DNA of 64,000 bases, taken from NCBI GenBank assembly GCA_964648105.1, contig CAZYMH010000001.1, forward strand, positions 143,999-207,998. The letters are read 5' to 3'. Shown piece by piece: positions 9,265 to 20,067 of the stretch. The translations under genes and the position numbers were made by a program. The stretch is from an uncultured Candidatus Saccharibacteria bacterium (lineage in GTDB: Bacteria > Patescibacteriota > Saccharimonadia > Saccharimonadales > 2-12-FULL-41-12). Position 1 is the first letter of the stretch; each line of letters opens with the position of its first letter. Under the pieces are notes generated by a model. The model searched no databases. It was not told the DNA's origin and saw only the letters and a list, made by a program, of their open reading frames with translations.

Positions 9265-9864
9265 TTACTGCTCCGATAATGCAGTTTTGATGTCGTTATA
9301 GCCGAAGCCTTGGCGGGCGAGGTAGGCGATTAGTTTTTGGTCGTCTTGATAGCGAGTTTGGCTACGTTTTTTGGCAATAATTTGTTTTATTAAAGCTGAT
9401 TCATCGGTTTGGTCATCATCTAAAACTTTTTTAATAATGTTGCTATCGATACCTTTTTGGCGAAGCTCTAGGGCTAGCTTGCGTCGACTGCTAGATTTTA
9501 ACAAACGTCGGTTGTCTACCCATCGCTTAGCAAAATCAAAATCATCGATTAATTTCAAATTACTTAACTTGTTAAGTAATTTTGTAATTTCGGCTTTGTC
9601 ATCTGTTTTGCGAGCTAAATAATCGTTAATTTCACGCTGGCTACGCGGCCTACGAGCAATTAAATTCAGTACTAAACTATATAATTTGTCAGTGGCCGAT
9701 AACTTTTTTAGACTGTCAAGTTGGCTAGAATTAACTTCTTGGCCGATATTTATCCCTGAGTCAAGTAGCCCAGTTTCGCTTAGTCCAAAAGCAAATTTAC
9801 CATCGATAAAAATTGAATATCTACTAGCTACTTTTACCTGCTTTTTTATATCGGTGATTTTCAC
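9265..9864 (-). CDS. recX: RecX-like regulatory protein
   Basis: 199-aa basic, helical-repeat protein in the recA operon, with repeated ...L..KG/L.RQGF... segments typical of RecX. Confidence 0.7.
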   Translation of the reverse strand: MKITDIKKQVKVASRYSIFIDGKFAFGLSETGLLDSGINIGQEVNSSQLDSLKKLSATDKLYSLVLNLIARRPRSQREINDYLARKTDDKAEITKLLNKLSNLKLIDDFDFAKRWVDNRRLLKSSSRRKLALELRQKGIDSNIIKKVLDDDQTDESALIKQIIAKKRSQTRYQDDQKLIAYLARQGFGYNDIKTALSEQ

Positions 9865-10349
9865 TTTTTTGGATAAAACTTGACTGCTAATTTAGCGTCT
9901 TCGTCGTTTTCTACTCGACAAATTGGGTTATTTATTGGACCCATTTCTAGCCAAGATTCAGGTGGTAGTGCTAACAAATAGCCATCTACTCTTAACCTAG
10001 GAGTTGTTTGGTTAGCTAATGCTATCTGCCCTAAGCCTTTACTTTTTCTGAACGACTCAATTCTTGGGCGAAAATTTTCAGCCGAAGTTTCAACTATTCT
10101 GCATATACTAACTATTGTCACATCGTCATAGACACCTTCGCCGACTATCGATAAGGCTGTTTTCTCGCCGCTTTTGTTAGCCGACCAAGCACGTTTATTG
10201 CTGATTATATAAGGTGCTATAAAATCTAGACGATCTTGCGAAAAATAGATATGAACTGCTTTGGCTCTATTGTCGATAATTTCTCGCCGAGCCGTAATAC
10301 CAAATGTTTCTGGAGTCCATATTGTTCCGATTTTTTCCCCACTCAACAT
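9861..10349 (-). CDS. Hypothetical protein embedded between recA and recX
   Basis: 162-aa ORF. It overlaps recX by 4 nt and sits 4 nt after the recA stop. No motif recognised. Confidence 0.4.
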   Translation of the reverse strand: MLSGEKIGTIWTPETFGITARREIIDNRAKAVHIYFSQDRLDFIAPYIISNKRAWSANKSGEKTALSIVGEGVYDDVTIVSICRIVETSAENFRPRIESFRKSKGLGQIALANQTTPRLRVDGYLLALPPESWLEMGPINNPICRVENDEDAKLAVKFYPKK

Positions 10350-10353
10350 CTAA

Positions 10354-11385
10354 TTAATCCTCGACTTTGGCGGTACGTATTTTTTGCTCGACTTCGGCCA
10401 TAACTTTAGGATTTTCCTCTAAATATTGTTTGGCAGCTTCGCGACCTTGAGCAATCTTACCTTCGCCGTATGCAAACCAAGCTCCAGCTTTGTCGATGAT
10501 TCCCTTGTCGACGGCAATATCCAAAATATCACCGCTTTTGCTGATGCCATGGTTGTACATGATATCAAACTCAGCTTGACGAAACGGTGGTGCTATTTTG
10601 TTTTTGACCACTTTAACACGGGTACGGTTACCCATAATTTCTTCACCTTGTTTAATTTGTGATATTCGCCGAATATCCATCCGAACACTAGCATAAAACT
10701 TTAGGGCATTACCACCCGTAGTAGTCTCTGGATTACCAAACATTACGCCAATCTTCATACGTATTTGATTGATAAAAATAACGGTTGTATTGGAACGATT
10801 AATTATTCCAGTTAACTTACGCAAAGCTTGGCTCATTAACCGAGCCTGCAAGCCCATATGACTATCGCCCATATCGCCTTCAATTTCGGCTCTAGGCGTA
10901 AGAGCGGCTACCGAGTCAACCACCACCAAATCTACTGCCGATGAACGGACCAAAGTCTCACAAATTTCAAGAGCTTGCTCGCCGTTGTCAGGTTGCGAGA
11001 TTAGTAAATTATCGGTATCAACGCCTACCTTGCGGGCATAAGCAGGGTCAAGAGCATGTTCGGCATCGATAAAAGCGGCTGTACCACCTGCTTTTTGGAT
11101 TTCGGCGATCGCGTGCAAGGTCAAGGTAGTCTTACCACTCGATTCAGGACCATAAATCTCGATTATTCTGCCCTTAGGTATCCCGCCGCCCAAAGCTAAA
11201 TCGAGACTAATTGAACCAGTCGAGAAAGTTTCGACGTTGGTTTTATGTGCTTCACCCAATTTCATAATCGAGCCTTTACCGAACTGTTTTTCGATATTTT
11301 CAAGGGCTAAGCTAAGTGCCTTTTTTTTGCCATCAAGTTCTGAACTGTCTAGCTTTTCAGCTTTTTTTGTTGATTTTTCTGCCAT
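10354..11385 (-). CDS. recA: Recombinase RecA
   Basis: 343 aa with [10 protein letters not shown] Walker [10 protein letters not shown] and the rest of the canonical RecA core. Confidence 0.97.
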   Translation of the reverse strand: MAEKSTKKAEKLDSSELDGKKKALSLALENIEKQFGKGSIMKLGEAHKTNVETFSTGSISLDLALGGGIPKGRIIEIYGPESSGKTTLTLHAIAEIQKAGGTAAFIDAEHALDPAYARKVGVDTDNLLISQPDNGEQALEICETLVRSSAVDLVVVDSVAALTPRAEIEGDMGDSHMGLQARLMSQALRKLTGIINRSNTTVIFINQIRMKIGVMFGNPETTTGGNALKFYASVRMDIRRISQIKQGEEIMGNRTRVKVVKNKIAPPFRQAEFDIMYNHGISKSGDILDIAVDKGIIDKAGAWFAYGEGKIAQGREAAKQYLEENPKVMAEVEQKIRTAKVED

Positions 11386-11521
11386 TGTCTCCTACCATAC
11401 CTCTCAAATAGTTAGTACCACTTAGTAAAGTATACCATCTACTAACAGATGAAAAAGTCGTAAAATTCACATCTTTAATAATTTTATACAGCAAAGTTAA
11501 AAATGCTATATAATTAAGCAT

Positions 11522-13339
11522 ATGCGAATTTCTGATAGCCTGGTGGAGCAATTGTTAAGAAACGCCCAAAAAGCCAATGAAGAACAATTAACTTCACTTC
11601 GCTCCCAACAAAAAACCGAAAAAAAGCCCCTCCAAGACCTAGCGATTAAAGCTGGCTTGATTTCGGATAAAGATTTAGCCAAATTATACTCCGAAGAAAT
11701 CGATATACCTTATGTTGAGTTAAACGCCAAAGATATTCCGCGTGAGATTTTGCGGTTAATTCCCGAGCGAATTGCTAAACAATATAAGGTGATTTTATTT
11801 GGCGTCGAAGAAGATGGCTCAAAACTATTAGCCATGGAAGATCCTGACGATATTCAGGCAATTAACTTCTTGCAGAAGCAACTTGGTACCGATATCAAAA
11901 TCCATTTATCGACAGGTGCCAATATTTTAGCGGGCATAGATCAGTACCGCGGCAATGTCAGCAGTGAGCTAACTAAAGTACTCGATGGCTCAGAGGAGAC
12001 CGCTGAAGACGAAGATGAGCTTGATGTTAGTGCCGAAGACGTAGCCGAAGATTCGCCAATTGCTCAAACCGTTAATTTGATTATCGAATACGCCGTAAAG
12101 TCTGGAGCCAGCGATATTCATATTGAGCCACGCGAAGATAATATTATCGTTCGCTACCGTGTCGACGGAATTTTAAAAGAAGCCAATAAATTACCCAAAA
12201 AAGTTCATGGTGCTTTAGTTAGTCGTATCAAAATATTAAGTAATTTGAAGATTGATGAACGACGCGTCCCGCAAGACGGTCGGTTTAAGATTCAGATTGG
12301 CTCGGCGGTTTACGCTCTGCGTGTCTCTACCTTGCCAATCAACGAAGGCGAAAAAGTAGTTATGCGTATCTTGAGCGAATCGTCTAAAGCATTGACTTTG
12401 GAAGAATTAGGCTATTGGGGTAAATCGCTCGAGACAGTCAATGATGCAATTGTTCAGCCCCATGGCATGATTTTAGTAACGGGGCCAACTGGTTCGGGTA
12501 AATCAACTAGTTTGTTTAGTACCTTGAGTTTACTTAACAAGCCATCAGTTAACATTTCGACGATTGAAGATCCGATTGAATACAAAATCCCTGGGGCTAA
12601 TCAAACGCAGGTCAATGTCAAGGCTGGCATGACTTTTGCCAACGGACTGCGAGCTTTACTGAGACAAGATCCAAATATTATTATGGTCGGTGAGATTCGT
12701 GATGGCGAGACTTCTGGTTTGGCTGTTCAGGCTGCTTTGACGGGTCACTTGGTTTTTGCCACGTTGCACACCAACAACGCGGCCACTTGTTTGCCACGTT
12801 TACTAGATATGGGCATTGAGCCATTTTTGATTGCCTCGACAGTGCGTTGCGTTATTGGACAGAGGTTAGTCCGACGACTGTGTAGTGAATGCCGCGAAAT
12901 TTATGTGCCAGACGAAGCAGTTATGCGGCAAATTGACAAAAATTTCCATATTAACTCGACTGAATATATAAAAATGATCAATCAACTCGAGAAAGAAGCC
13001 TTAAAGGGTGGCATTGGCAAACCAACCGACAAAGCCGACAAATCTAAAACTGGTGAATTGTCATCAACCGAAACTAGGCTCGAAAAACTCTACCGCCCAC
13101 ACGAAAAAGGTTGCGATGCTTGCAATCGAACTGGTTATCGAGGACGAATCGGAATTTATGAAGTACTCGGTAACTCCGAAGAAATCGAGCGAAAAATCGT
13201 CGGTAATTCAACCAGTGATGATATTCAGAAACAAGCGATTATGGAGGGTATGATTACCATGCAGATCGATGGGTTTATTAAGGCACTCCGTGGCCAAACT
13301 AGCATTGAAGAAATATTGAGAGTAACAAGCGAGAGTTAA
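11522..13339 (+). CDS. pilB: Type IV pilus assembly ATPase PilB (GspE family)
   Basis: 605 aa. Features are an N-terminal GSPII_E_N-like region, Walker A GPTGSGKST, Asp/His boxes and a tetracysteine motif (CSEC...CDAC). Confidence 0.9.
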   Translation: MRISDSLVEQLLRNAQKANEEQLTSLRSQQKTEKKPLQDLAIKAGLISDKDLAKLYSEEIDIPYVELNAKDIPREILRLIPERIAKQYKVILFGVEEDGSKLLAMEDPDDIQAINFLQKQLGTDIKIHLSTGANILAGIDQYRGNVSSELTKVLDGSEETAEDEDELDVSAEDVAEDSPIAQTVNLIIEYAVKSGASDIHIEPREDNIIVRYRVDGILKEANKLPKKVHGALVSRIKILSNLKIDERRVPQDGRFKIQIGSAVYALRVSTLPINEGEKVVMRILSESSKALTLEELGYWGKSLETVNDAIVQPHGMILVTGPTGSGKSTSLFSTLSLLNKPSVNISTIEDPIEYKIPGANQTQVNVKAGMTFANGLRALLRQDPNIIMVGEIRDGETSGLAVQAALTGHLVFATLHTNNAATCLPRLLDMGIEPFLIASTVRCVIGQRLVRRLCSECREIYVPDEAVMRQIDKNFHINSTEYIKMINQLEKEALKGGIGKPTDKADKSKTGELSSTETRLEKLYRPHEKGCDACNRTGYRGRIGIYEVLGNSEEIERKIVGNSTSDDIQKQAIMEGMITMQIDGFIKALRGQTSIEEILRVTSES

Positions 13340-13344
13340 TAATT

Positions 13345-14559
13345 ATGGCAATATTTAGCTACACTGCAACCAAAAATGGCAAAACTTTCAGGGGGAATAT
13401 TGAGTCCAGTACTAAAGATACGGCTTATTCGAGTCTGAGCAAACAAGGTTTGAGACCAATTTCAATCACCGAGACCAGCTCCAAAAAGTCAACCAAACGC
13501 GGTAAAGTTAAACTTAAAGATTTAGTAGTTTTTACTCGTCAACTTTCGACTATGATATCGGCTGGTGTACCGATTACCAGGGCATTCAACACTCTACAAA
13601 ATCAAACCGAGAACAAATACTTTAAATACGTAATAAGTAATTTGGCCAAAGATATCGAGTCTGGTATTTCCCTTAATGACGCTCTGGCTAAATACCCAAA
13701 TGTCTTTAGTGATGTCTATATAAATATGGTCAAAGCTGGTGAAGCTGGTGGTATTTTAGACGAAATTTTATCTCGTTTGGCAGCTCAGGTCGAAAAAGAT
13801 GCCTCAATTCGCAAAAAAATCAAAAGTGCGTCGGCTTACCCAATTGCTATTATGGGTATTACAGTAGTCGCGTTTTTTGGAATTATGCTGTTTGTAATGC
13901 CAAAATTGGGCAAAATATTAACTGATCTTGGTGGTCCAGACGCCAAACTACCACCATACACTGTGGCTATGCTCAGTATTAGCCACGTGATGCAAAAGTA
14001 TGCTGTGGTGATTATTGTAGTTACATTTGTTGGAATATTTTTATTCCGTAGATACATCAAGACACCTAAAGGCAAGTACAACTTTCATAAATTCCTCCTG
14101 AAAGTACCCGTGCTGAAGATGGTGATCGCCAAAATTGCTGTCGCTAGGTTTGCCAGAACTTTTGCAGCTCTTATGGCTTCGGGTGTTAGTGTCTTAGATG
14201 CTCTTCAGGTAACAGGTGGAGCCGTTGGCAACAAAGTGATCGAAGCCGATTTAGTAACCGCCGCCAAAGATGTCAAAAACGGTAAACCTTTGTCCGAATC
14301 GATTGCTAAATCCAAATATTTTCCACCAATCGTGCCACAGATGTTGGCAATTGGCGAGGAAACAGGCGAAATCGATACAATTTTGGTCAAAGTTGCTGAC
14401 TTTTACGACGAAGAAGTTGACGCCGTAATCGATGGACTAAGCTCATTGATTGAGCCGATAATGATTGTTGTACTTGGTGGAATGGTCGGTATGATTGCAG
14501 CAAGTGTTATGGGACCGATCGCCAGCCTGAGCCAAAATGCTGGCAATGGCGGTAATTAG
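13345..14559 (+). CDS. pilC: Type IV pilus platform protein PilC (GspF family)
   Basis: 404 aa with two T2SS-F repeats and three TM segments. It lies directly after pilB. Confidence 0.9.
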   Translation: MAIFSYTATKNGKTFRGNIESSTKDTAYSSLSKQGLRPISITETSSKKSTKRGKVKLKDLVVFTRQLSTMISAGVPITRAFNTLQNQTENKYFKYVISNLAKDIESGISLNDALAKYPNVFSDVYINMVKAGEAGGILDEILSRLAAQVEKDASIRKKIKSASAYPIAIMGITVVAFFGIMLFVMPKLGKILTDLGGPDAKLPPYTVAMLSISHVMQKYAVVIIVVTFVGIFLFRRYIKTPKGKYNFHKFLLKVPVLKMVIAKIAVARFARTFAALMASGVSVLDALQVTGGAVGNKVIEADLVTAAKDVKNGKPLSESIAKSKYFPPIVPQMLAIGEETGEIDTILVKVADFYDEEVDAVIDGLSSLIEPIMIVVLGGMVGMIAASVMGPIASLSQNAGNGGN

Positions 14560-14561
14560 CC

Positions 14562-14588
14562 TTGACTTAGATAACGCTTATGTATAAT
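14562..14588 (+). promoter_or_regulatory. Candidate sigma70-type promoter for the major pilin gene
   Basis: TTGACT (14562-14567), a 15-nt spacer, then TATAAT (14583-14588) preceded by TG. It lies about 75 nt upstream of the pilin ATG. Confidence 0.35.
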
Positions 14589-14663
14589 AATAGCTGGCAG
14601 ATACCTTAATTGAAAAAGGGTCACTTAACAAATAATAATTTAAATCAAGGAGGGTGGGTCCTT

Positions 14664-15113
14664 ATGATCTCACTAAAAAGAAAAGAACAAGGTTTTACAA
14701 TAGTTGAACTTTTGATCGTAATTGTTGTAATTGGTATCTTAGCTTTGCTAGTTATTACTACCTTTACAGGTATACAAAAGAAAGCCCGTGACAGCGAGCG
14801 AGAAACTGACGTTTCGGCAGTAGCTGCTCAGGTAGAAGCTTATTACGCACAAAATGCTAAATATCCAACCCTAGCTAATCTTCAAGATGCTACTTGGGTT
14901 ACTACCAACCTAAAAGGTCTTGACGCCAACGCTCTAAAAGACCCTAAGTGGACAACTGGCTCAGCACCAGCAGCTACCTCTGCAGTTGGTAACTACGGAT
15001 ATGCTACAACACCTGCAAACTGTGATAACGGTACAAATGGTGACTGTGATAACTTCACACTTACTGCAACTCGTGAGAGTGGTGGTACTTTCGTAAAGAA
15101 AAGCAACAACTAG
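14664..15113 (+). CDS. Type IVa major pilin (prepilin-type N-terminal cleavage/methylation domain)
   Basis: The track ORF starts at TTG 14610. ATG 14664 follows AAGGAGG and gives MISLKRKEQG|FTIVELLIVIVVIGILA, the class III signal peptide and hydrophobic alpha1-N helix. Confidence 0.85.
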   Translation: MISLKRKEQGFTIVELLIVIVVIGILALLVITTFTGIQKKARDSERETDVSAVAAQVEAYYAQNAKYPTLANLQDATWVTTNLKGLDANALKDPKWTTGSAPAATSAVGNYGYATTPANCDNGTNGDCDNFTLTATRESGGTFVKKSNN

Positions 15114-15132
15114 TTAAATAATAGTTAGCTCT

Positions 15133-15170
15133 AACTCCCCAATAATATAACTTGGGGAGTTTTCTTTTTT
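15133..15170 (+). terminator. Rho-independent terminator after the pilin gene
   Basis: AACTCCCCA (15133-15141) pairs with TGGGGAGTT (15153-15161), followed by TTCTTTTTT. Confidence 0.8.
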
Positions 15171-15201
15171 ATTAACCGATTTTAAGTTAAAATAATATTA
15201 A

Positions 15202-16761
15202 ATGCTTAAGCTTAAAAACGAAGAGAGTGGGTTTACTTTAATTGAACTAGTCATTGGTTTGACAGTCTTATCAATTGTCGTACTGAGTTTCTTTGGGCTG
15301 TTCACCTCGCTAGTTAATAGTGCTGTGGTGGCCAAGCAAAAAGCAGTTGCTAATTCAGTGGCTACCAATCAGATTGAGTATTTGAGATCTCTACCCTACG
15401 ATAGTTTAGCGGTTAGCGGCGGTAGCATAATTTCTTCGTCATACATACCAGCTACCAGAACTCAAAAAATTGATGGCATGACTTATACAATCACTACAAG
15501 TATAAATTACATAGATGACGCGTTTGATGGCTGCTTGGTGACAGCACCATGTCGCAACAAACCTGTACCAACTAACATTACTTTGCCAGATAATAATCCA
15601 GCCGATTACAAAATTGCTCATATCGATGTAAGGTCGCGAACTGGCTCGCTTTTAGCGGCTATGGATACCCAAATTTCGTCTAAGGTAGCCGAAACTTCTA
15701 GTACTACGGGTGCTTTAGTAGTAACGGTTGTCGACGATAAAGGTAATCCGATTACAGGGGCAAACGTAAATGTCTTCAATAACACGCTTACGCCAAACAC
15801 TAATGCTAATGATTCGAGCGACTCTAGTGGCGTAGCAATATTTTATAACCTTGTTCCTGACACTAACGCATTCGACTATAAATTAACTGCTTCCAAAACT
15901 GGATATTCAACTTTAGTAACTATCGTGCCGTCAGGCTCATTAACACCGACATATTCTAACCAAAAAATTCTCTCTCAAAAGCCATCGATGCTAACTATGG
16001 TGATTAAACCAATGACCTCTAACAGTTTGCTAGCGGAGTCAGTTGACGAGTCTGGTACACCACTAGCCAACCTAAAGCTTTACGTTAAAGGTGGTTACAA
16101 AAAATACTCTGACCCAAAAAACACTGAATATTATTATGATAACTTTACCCCTACCGACAGTCGCCCTACCACCGACGGCAGTGGCATAACAACTTTTAAC
16201 GACCTTGTACCAGGACCATACAATTTCTGCGGTGATGCTTTAAACACTAACTGCAAAATTGCTGGCAATACTTATTACCTTGTTGCTGCCATACCGTACA
16301 GCGGTAATAGCTCATACTCACCTGTCAATGTTCCGACTTACGATTCAGCCTCCCCACCCAGCCCACTTTATAACTTCAATGGCCAAAATTATATCCATAA
16401 AGTCAGGCTAATTTTCTCTAACAGTTCAAGTGCAGTTAGAGTTTCAGCATTTTCACCTCAAGAGTTATCTTTGGCTTCGACTAATTTAACTAGCTTTAGT
16501 TTCACTGTAAACGGTTACAATATCTGTAGTAACGCGACCTGCACCAACGCTTCGGCTAATATCAAACAAGCCGCTAACACCTACAACGCTACTTGTACAG
16601 GGTCCAGAGCCAACGTAACTATCACTTATGATAGATTGAACTGCACGGTTAATTTGACTGGAATTGTAGCAGGTAGTACCCAGTTAACTGTCAATAGTGG
16701 CTCAGATAGCTATACATCGCCAAGTGATTTAAGTTTAGGGAGTTTCAATGTTGTACCGTAA
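15202..16761 (+). CDS. Large minor pilin-like protein (prepilin N-terminus plus beta-sandwich domains)
   Basis: 519 aa. N-terminus is ESGFTLIELVIGLTVLSIV. Internal segments resemble carboxypeptidase-regulatory-like folds (GALVVTVVDDKGNPITGANVNVFNN). Confidence 0.7.
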   Translation: MLKLKNEESGFTLIELVIGLTVLSIVVLSFFGLFTSLVNSAVVAKQKAVANSVATNQIEYLRSLPYDSLAVSGGSIISSSYIPATRTQKIDGMTYTITTSINYIDDAFDGCLVTAPCRNKPVPTNITLPDNNPADYKIAHIDVRSRTGSLLAAMDTQISSKVAETSSTTGALVVTVVDDKGNPITGANVNVFNNTLTPNTNANDSSDSSGVAIFYNLVPDTNAFDYKLTASKTGYSTLVTIVPSGSLTPTYSNQKILSQKPSMLTMVIKPMTSNSLLAESVDESGTPLANLKLYVKGGYKKYSDPKNTEYYYDNFTPTDSRPTTDGSGITTFNDLVPGPYNFCGDALNTNCKIAGNTYYLVAAIPYSGNSSYSPVNVPTYDSASPPSPLYNFNGQNYIHKVRLIFSNSSSAVRVSAFSPQELSLASTNLTSFSFTVNGYNICSNATCTNASANIKQAANTYNATCTGSRANVTITYDRLNCTVNLTGIVAGSTQLTVNSGSDSYTSPSDLSLGSFNVVP

Positions 16762-17359
16762 AGAACTTTCCGAAGCCGAAAGAGGTTTTACATTAGTCGA
16801 ATTACTTATTGGCATGACCGTTTTGTCGGTCTTGAGTGTAATATTCTTGACGTTTTTTGTAACAACACTGAGACAATATTTAGGTCTCCAAAAAGATGGC
16901 ACGGCTTTTTCTGACTTAACTCAGCAATCGCAACGAATCACTAATGTATTACGCGGTGCTACAGATGTAACAGAGGCCACAAATGACAGCGTAACTGTCT
17001 ATGCTTACTTCTTTCCTAATAATAATTATGTGTCGATAATTAGATATTATCTCAACCCAACTCGGACTACACTTTATGCCGATGTAACTCCTATGACCGC
17101 TAACCCGCCATCGGGCGTGCCAGACACTGCTCGTAAAAAAACTTACACTGTTATACCTTACTTTTATCAAGTTAGTGGAACTAAGCTTTTTGAGTATCAA
17201 GATAACATGAGCAATAATTTGGCCCTCCCGATTAGTGACTTAACCACAGTAAAAGGCTTTCGGATTAATTTACAAACACCAAGCGATGGCAATGTCAAAA
17301 ATAGTTCCCAACTGATAAGTACTCAAGTTTCGATTAGAAATAGAAAGAGCAATTTATGA
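16748..17359 (+). CDS. Minor pilin-like protein (prepilin N-terminus)
   Basis: 203 aa. N-terminus is ERGFTLVELLIGMTVLSVL. It overlaps both neighbours. Confidence 0.7.
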   Translation: MLYRKELSEAERGFTLVELLIGMTVLSVLSVIFLTFFVTTLRQYLGLQKDGTAFSDLTQQSQRITNVLRGATDVTEATNDSVTVYAYFFPNNNYVSIIRYYLNPTRTTLYADVTPMTANPPSGVPDTARKKTYTVIPYFYQVSGTKLFEYQDNMSNNLALPISDLTTVKGFRINLQTPSDGNVKNSSQLISTQVSIRNRKSNL

Positions 17360-18936
17360 AAAAAATTCGTCATAACCAGTCAGCCATGATTTTGCCAGGC
17401 GTATTGAGTGCAATTTTGGCGTTTATTATTATTTCTGGAGCGGTATTTACTTTGATTCAATCGAATTTACAGATTGTCAGCCGCAATATAAAGAGTCAAC
17501 AAGCATTTAATATTTCTGAGGCTGGTATAAATTATTATTTGTGGCATCTTAGCCATGCTCCAACAGATTACAAAGACGGTCAAACTACTCCCGTCTCACC
17601 TGACCCAAACCTCGGCTATGGTCCGTATGTTCATACCTATATTGATGATAATTCAAAATCTGTTGGTACATATACGTTATGGATAAAGCCTGACAATGTC
17701 GGCTCAACTCTAGCGACAGTCAGATCAATTGGCAAGGTCAATGGCACAAATATTACTCGAACAATCGAGGCGAAAATTGGAGCTTCATCATTTGCAAATT
17801 ATGCTTTAGTATCTGATCAGCCGTTTTGGGTGGGACAATATGAATCAGTCGATGGACCTGTCCACTCGAATGTTGGAATTAAAATGGATGGAGCCAGCAA
17901 TAGTCGAGTTAGTAGCTCGAATGCCACCTACGTACCACCAATTAGTCTAGGGGGTAATGGCGGCAGTCACCCTGGAGTTTGGTGTGATACGTCTATCACT
18001 ACGCCTGTTAACTGTAATACTAGGTCTAAGGCAGATTGGATTTTCCCAGCACCATTAGTCGACTTCAATATAGTTAATGATACTTTATGCACAATCAAAA
18101 AAGTTTCGTTCGCCGCTAATTCGTCAACTGCTAATCTTGCTACTCAACCTAATCCTTGTTCACAAACGCCAAATACTCAAACGCCATTTTACTTGCCACA
18201 ACGTAGTAACAGTGGAGCTTATGCCGTCGACCGCGGTTATTTAATCGAGCTTAACTCTAATGGGACTTACAATATGTATGCAGTTGATCAAGAAAAAGAT
18301 CTGCAACCCGATTACGCCTCTGCCCTAAGGACAACTTTGCTATATTCTAATTTAGCTCCACCTTCGAATGGCATACTTTTTGTTGAGGACAACGTTTGGG
18401 TTAGAACCAATCCAGTTTATTCGGGCCGAATTACGATTGCGGCAGGTCGCTTGGCTACTAACACCATGGCCAATATAAAAATTATCGATAATGTAAAATA
18501 TAGCACTAAAAATGGTGCCGATGCGATTGGTTTGATTGCTGAAGACTCTGTAATGCTAATGCCCTATGCCTTGCCGCAGACTGGTGATTTTAACTTTGAG
18601 GTTGATGGAGCCTTAATTGCCAAAGAAGGCAATGTCGAGTACCCAGACACTTACCACTCTAATTCATCCAAATGTACCCTGGGCTGGGTCGGAGCCAATC
18701 AAAAATTCGAATTTTATGGCTCGGTGGCTTCACGAACCACATGGACATGGACCTGGAGCAGAAATAATGCTTGTTCACAAGCCGTTTATGATGCTTCAAC
18801 TAATTCTTACGTAAGTGGCATAAAAGCCAACACCACCAGATATGACTATAATTTGCTATATGGTCCGCCACCATACTTCCCTTTGGTTGGGGGACATAGT
18901 ATTTTAAGTTGGCGTGAAGTGTTAACCAAACCATAA
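17356..18936 (+). CDS. Pilus-associated protein with PilX-N-like anchor
   Basis: 526 aa. An N-terminal TM is followed by QQAFNISEAGINYYLWHL (PilX_N-like). The large C-terminal domain is unassigned. Confidence 0.5.
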   Translation: MKKIRHNQSAMILPGVLSAILAFIIISGAVFTLIQSNLQIVSRNIKSQQAFNISEAGINYYLWHLSHAPTDYKDGQTTPVSPDPNLGYGPYVHTYIDDNSKSVGTYTLWIKPDNVGSTLATVRSIGKVNGTNITRTIEAKIGASSFANYALVSDQPFWVGQYESVDGPVHSNVGIKMDGASNSRVSSSNATYVPPISLGGNGGSHPGVWCDTSITTPVNCNTRSKADWIFPAPLVDFNIVNDTLCTIKKVSFAANSSTANLATQPNPCSQTPNTQTPFYLPQRSNSGAYAVDRGYLIELNSNGTYNMYAVDQEKDLQPDYASALRTTLLYSNLAPPSNGILFVEDNVWVRTNPVYSGRITIAAGRLATNTMANIKIIDNVKYSTKNGADAIGLIAEDSVMLMPYALPQTGDFNFEVDGALIAKEGNVEYPDTYHSNSSKCTLGWVGANQKFEFYGSVASRTTWTWTWSRNNACSQAVYDASTNSYVSGIKANTTRYDYNLLYGPPPYFPLVGGHSILSWREVLTKP

Positions 18937-18999
18937 CTTATATATATCTTATCGAAGCAAAATAATATATAATAAACATAAACATTATCGGTGGAATAA

Positions 19000-20067
19000 A
19001 TGCAAAGTTCAGTCAATTTTTATAAAGACAAACCAATTTTCGGCCTAGACATCGGACATAACACATTAAAGGTTATGCAATCTGATTATAGTCGCGATAA
19101 ATTCAGTGTAATTGGCTATGGTATAAGTGGTTTTCCTTCAGAGGCTATCAAAGATGGCATTATTAAAGATTTTGAGACTTTAGCTAAAGCCGCCAATAAT
19201 TTATTTGATAACCATGTGGTTGGCAAGATCACTTCACGTCGGGTGGCAATGTCGATACCTGCCGCTAAAACATATGCCCGAACGATCGTTTTACCGCTAC
19301 TCAAAAATAAAGAAATCGACGATGCTGTCAAAACCGAAGCCGAACAATATATTCCGATCGCCATCGAAGATTTGTATGTCGATTACACAATTATTAGCCG
19401 CAACGAACAAGGTATCGAAGTACTAGCCGTTGGAGCACCCAAAAAAATCATTGATAGTTATATAAATTTTGCTAAAGTACTTGGACTTGAGCCAGTTGGT
19501 TTTGATACCAGCATTCTCTCGGCATCTCGCTTATTCCAAAAACAAGATCAGCACAGTAATATTCCAGCAATTTTAATCGATTTTGGTTCGATTTCGACCG
19601 ATATTACCGTTCATGATAAAACAGTTATTTTGACTAGTACTTTGTCTAAGGGTGGTGACATGTTTACCGAAACGATTGCCAAAACGCTCAATATTAGTGA
19701 TCAAGAAGCCCATATTGTAAAGACTAAATATGGTATCGGCAAAAGCAAAAAGCAAAACGAAATTGTAAACGCTCTAAGACCGATTCTTGACCAAATGGTC
19801 AAAGAGATTCAACGAATGATTCGTTACTACGAAGAAAGATCTGGTACCACCGATAAAATCGGTCAAATTGTATCGATGGGTGGCGGAGCAAATATGCCAG
19901 GATTGTCCGAATATTTAACTAGTTCGCTCAGATTACCTGTTCGAACTTGCGAGCCATTTCAGAATCTTAGTTTAAATAAATTACGCATACCAAGCACTTT
20001 GGAGCGATCAATTTATGTTACTTGTGCTGGACTATCTCTTATCGAGCCTAAGGAGTTATTTTCATGA
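19000..20067 (+). CDS. pilM: Type IV pilus assembly protein PilM (actin-like ATPase fold)
   Basis: 355 aa with GLDIGHNTLKV and GGGANMPGL motifs. Confidence 0.85.
   Translation: MQSSVNFYKDKPIFGLDIGHNTLKVMQSDYSRDKFSVIGYGISGFPSEAIKDGIIKDFETLAKAANNLFDNHVVGKITSRRVAMSIPAAKTYARTIVLPLLKNKEIDDAVKTEAEQYIPIAIEDLYVDYTIISRNEQGIEVLAVGAPKKIIDSYINFAKVLGLEPVGFDTSILSASRLFQKQDQHSNIPAILIDFGSISTDITVHDKTVILTSTLSKGGDMFTETIAKTLNISDQEAHIVKTKYGIGKSKKQNEIVNALRPILDQMVKEIQRMIRYYEERSGTTDKIGQIVSMGGGANMPGLSEYLTSSLRLPVRTCEPFQNLSLNKLRIPSTLERSIYVTCAGLSLIEPKELFS

Noticed and set aside
11411-11446. Inverted repeat GTTAGTA-N22-TACTAAC (with an extra TTAGTA) in the recA/pilB divergent promoter region as a LexA/SOS box
   Set aside because: It does not match known LexA consensus classes. 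No similar motif lies upstream of the Y-family polymerase or the ruv genes, and no lexA gene is in the window. The evidence is insufficient.
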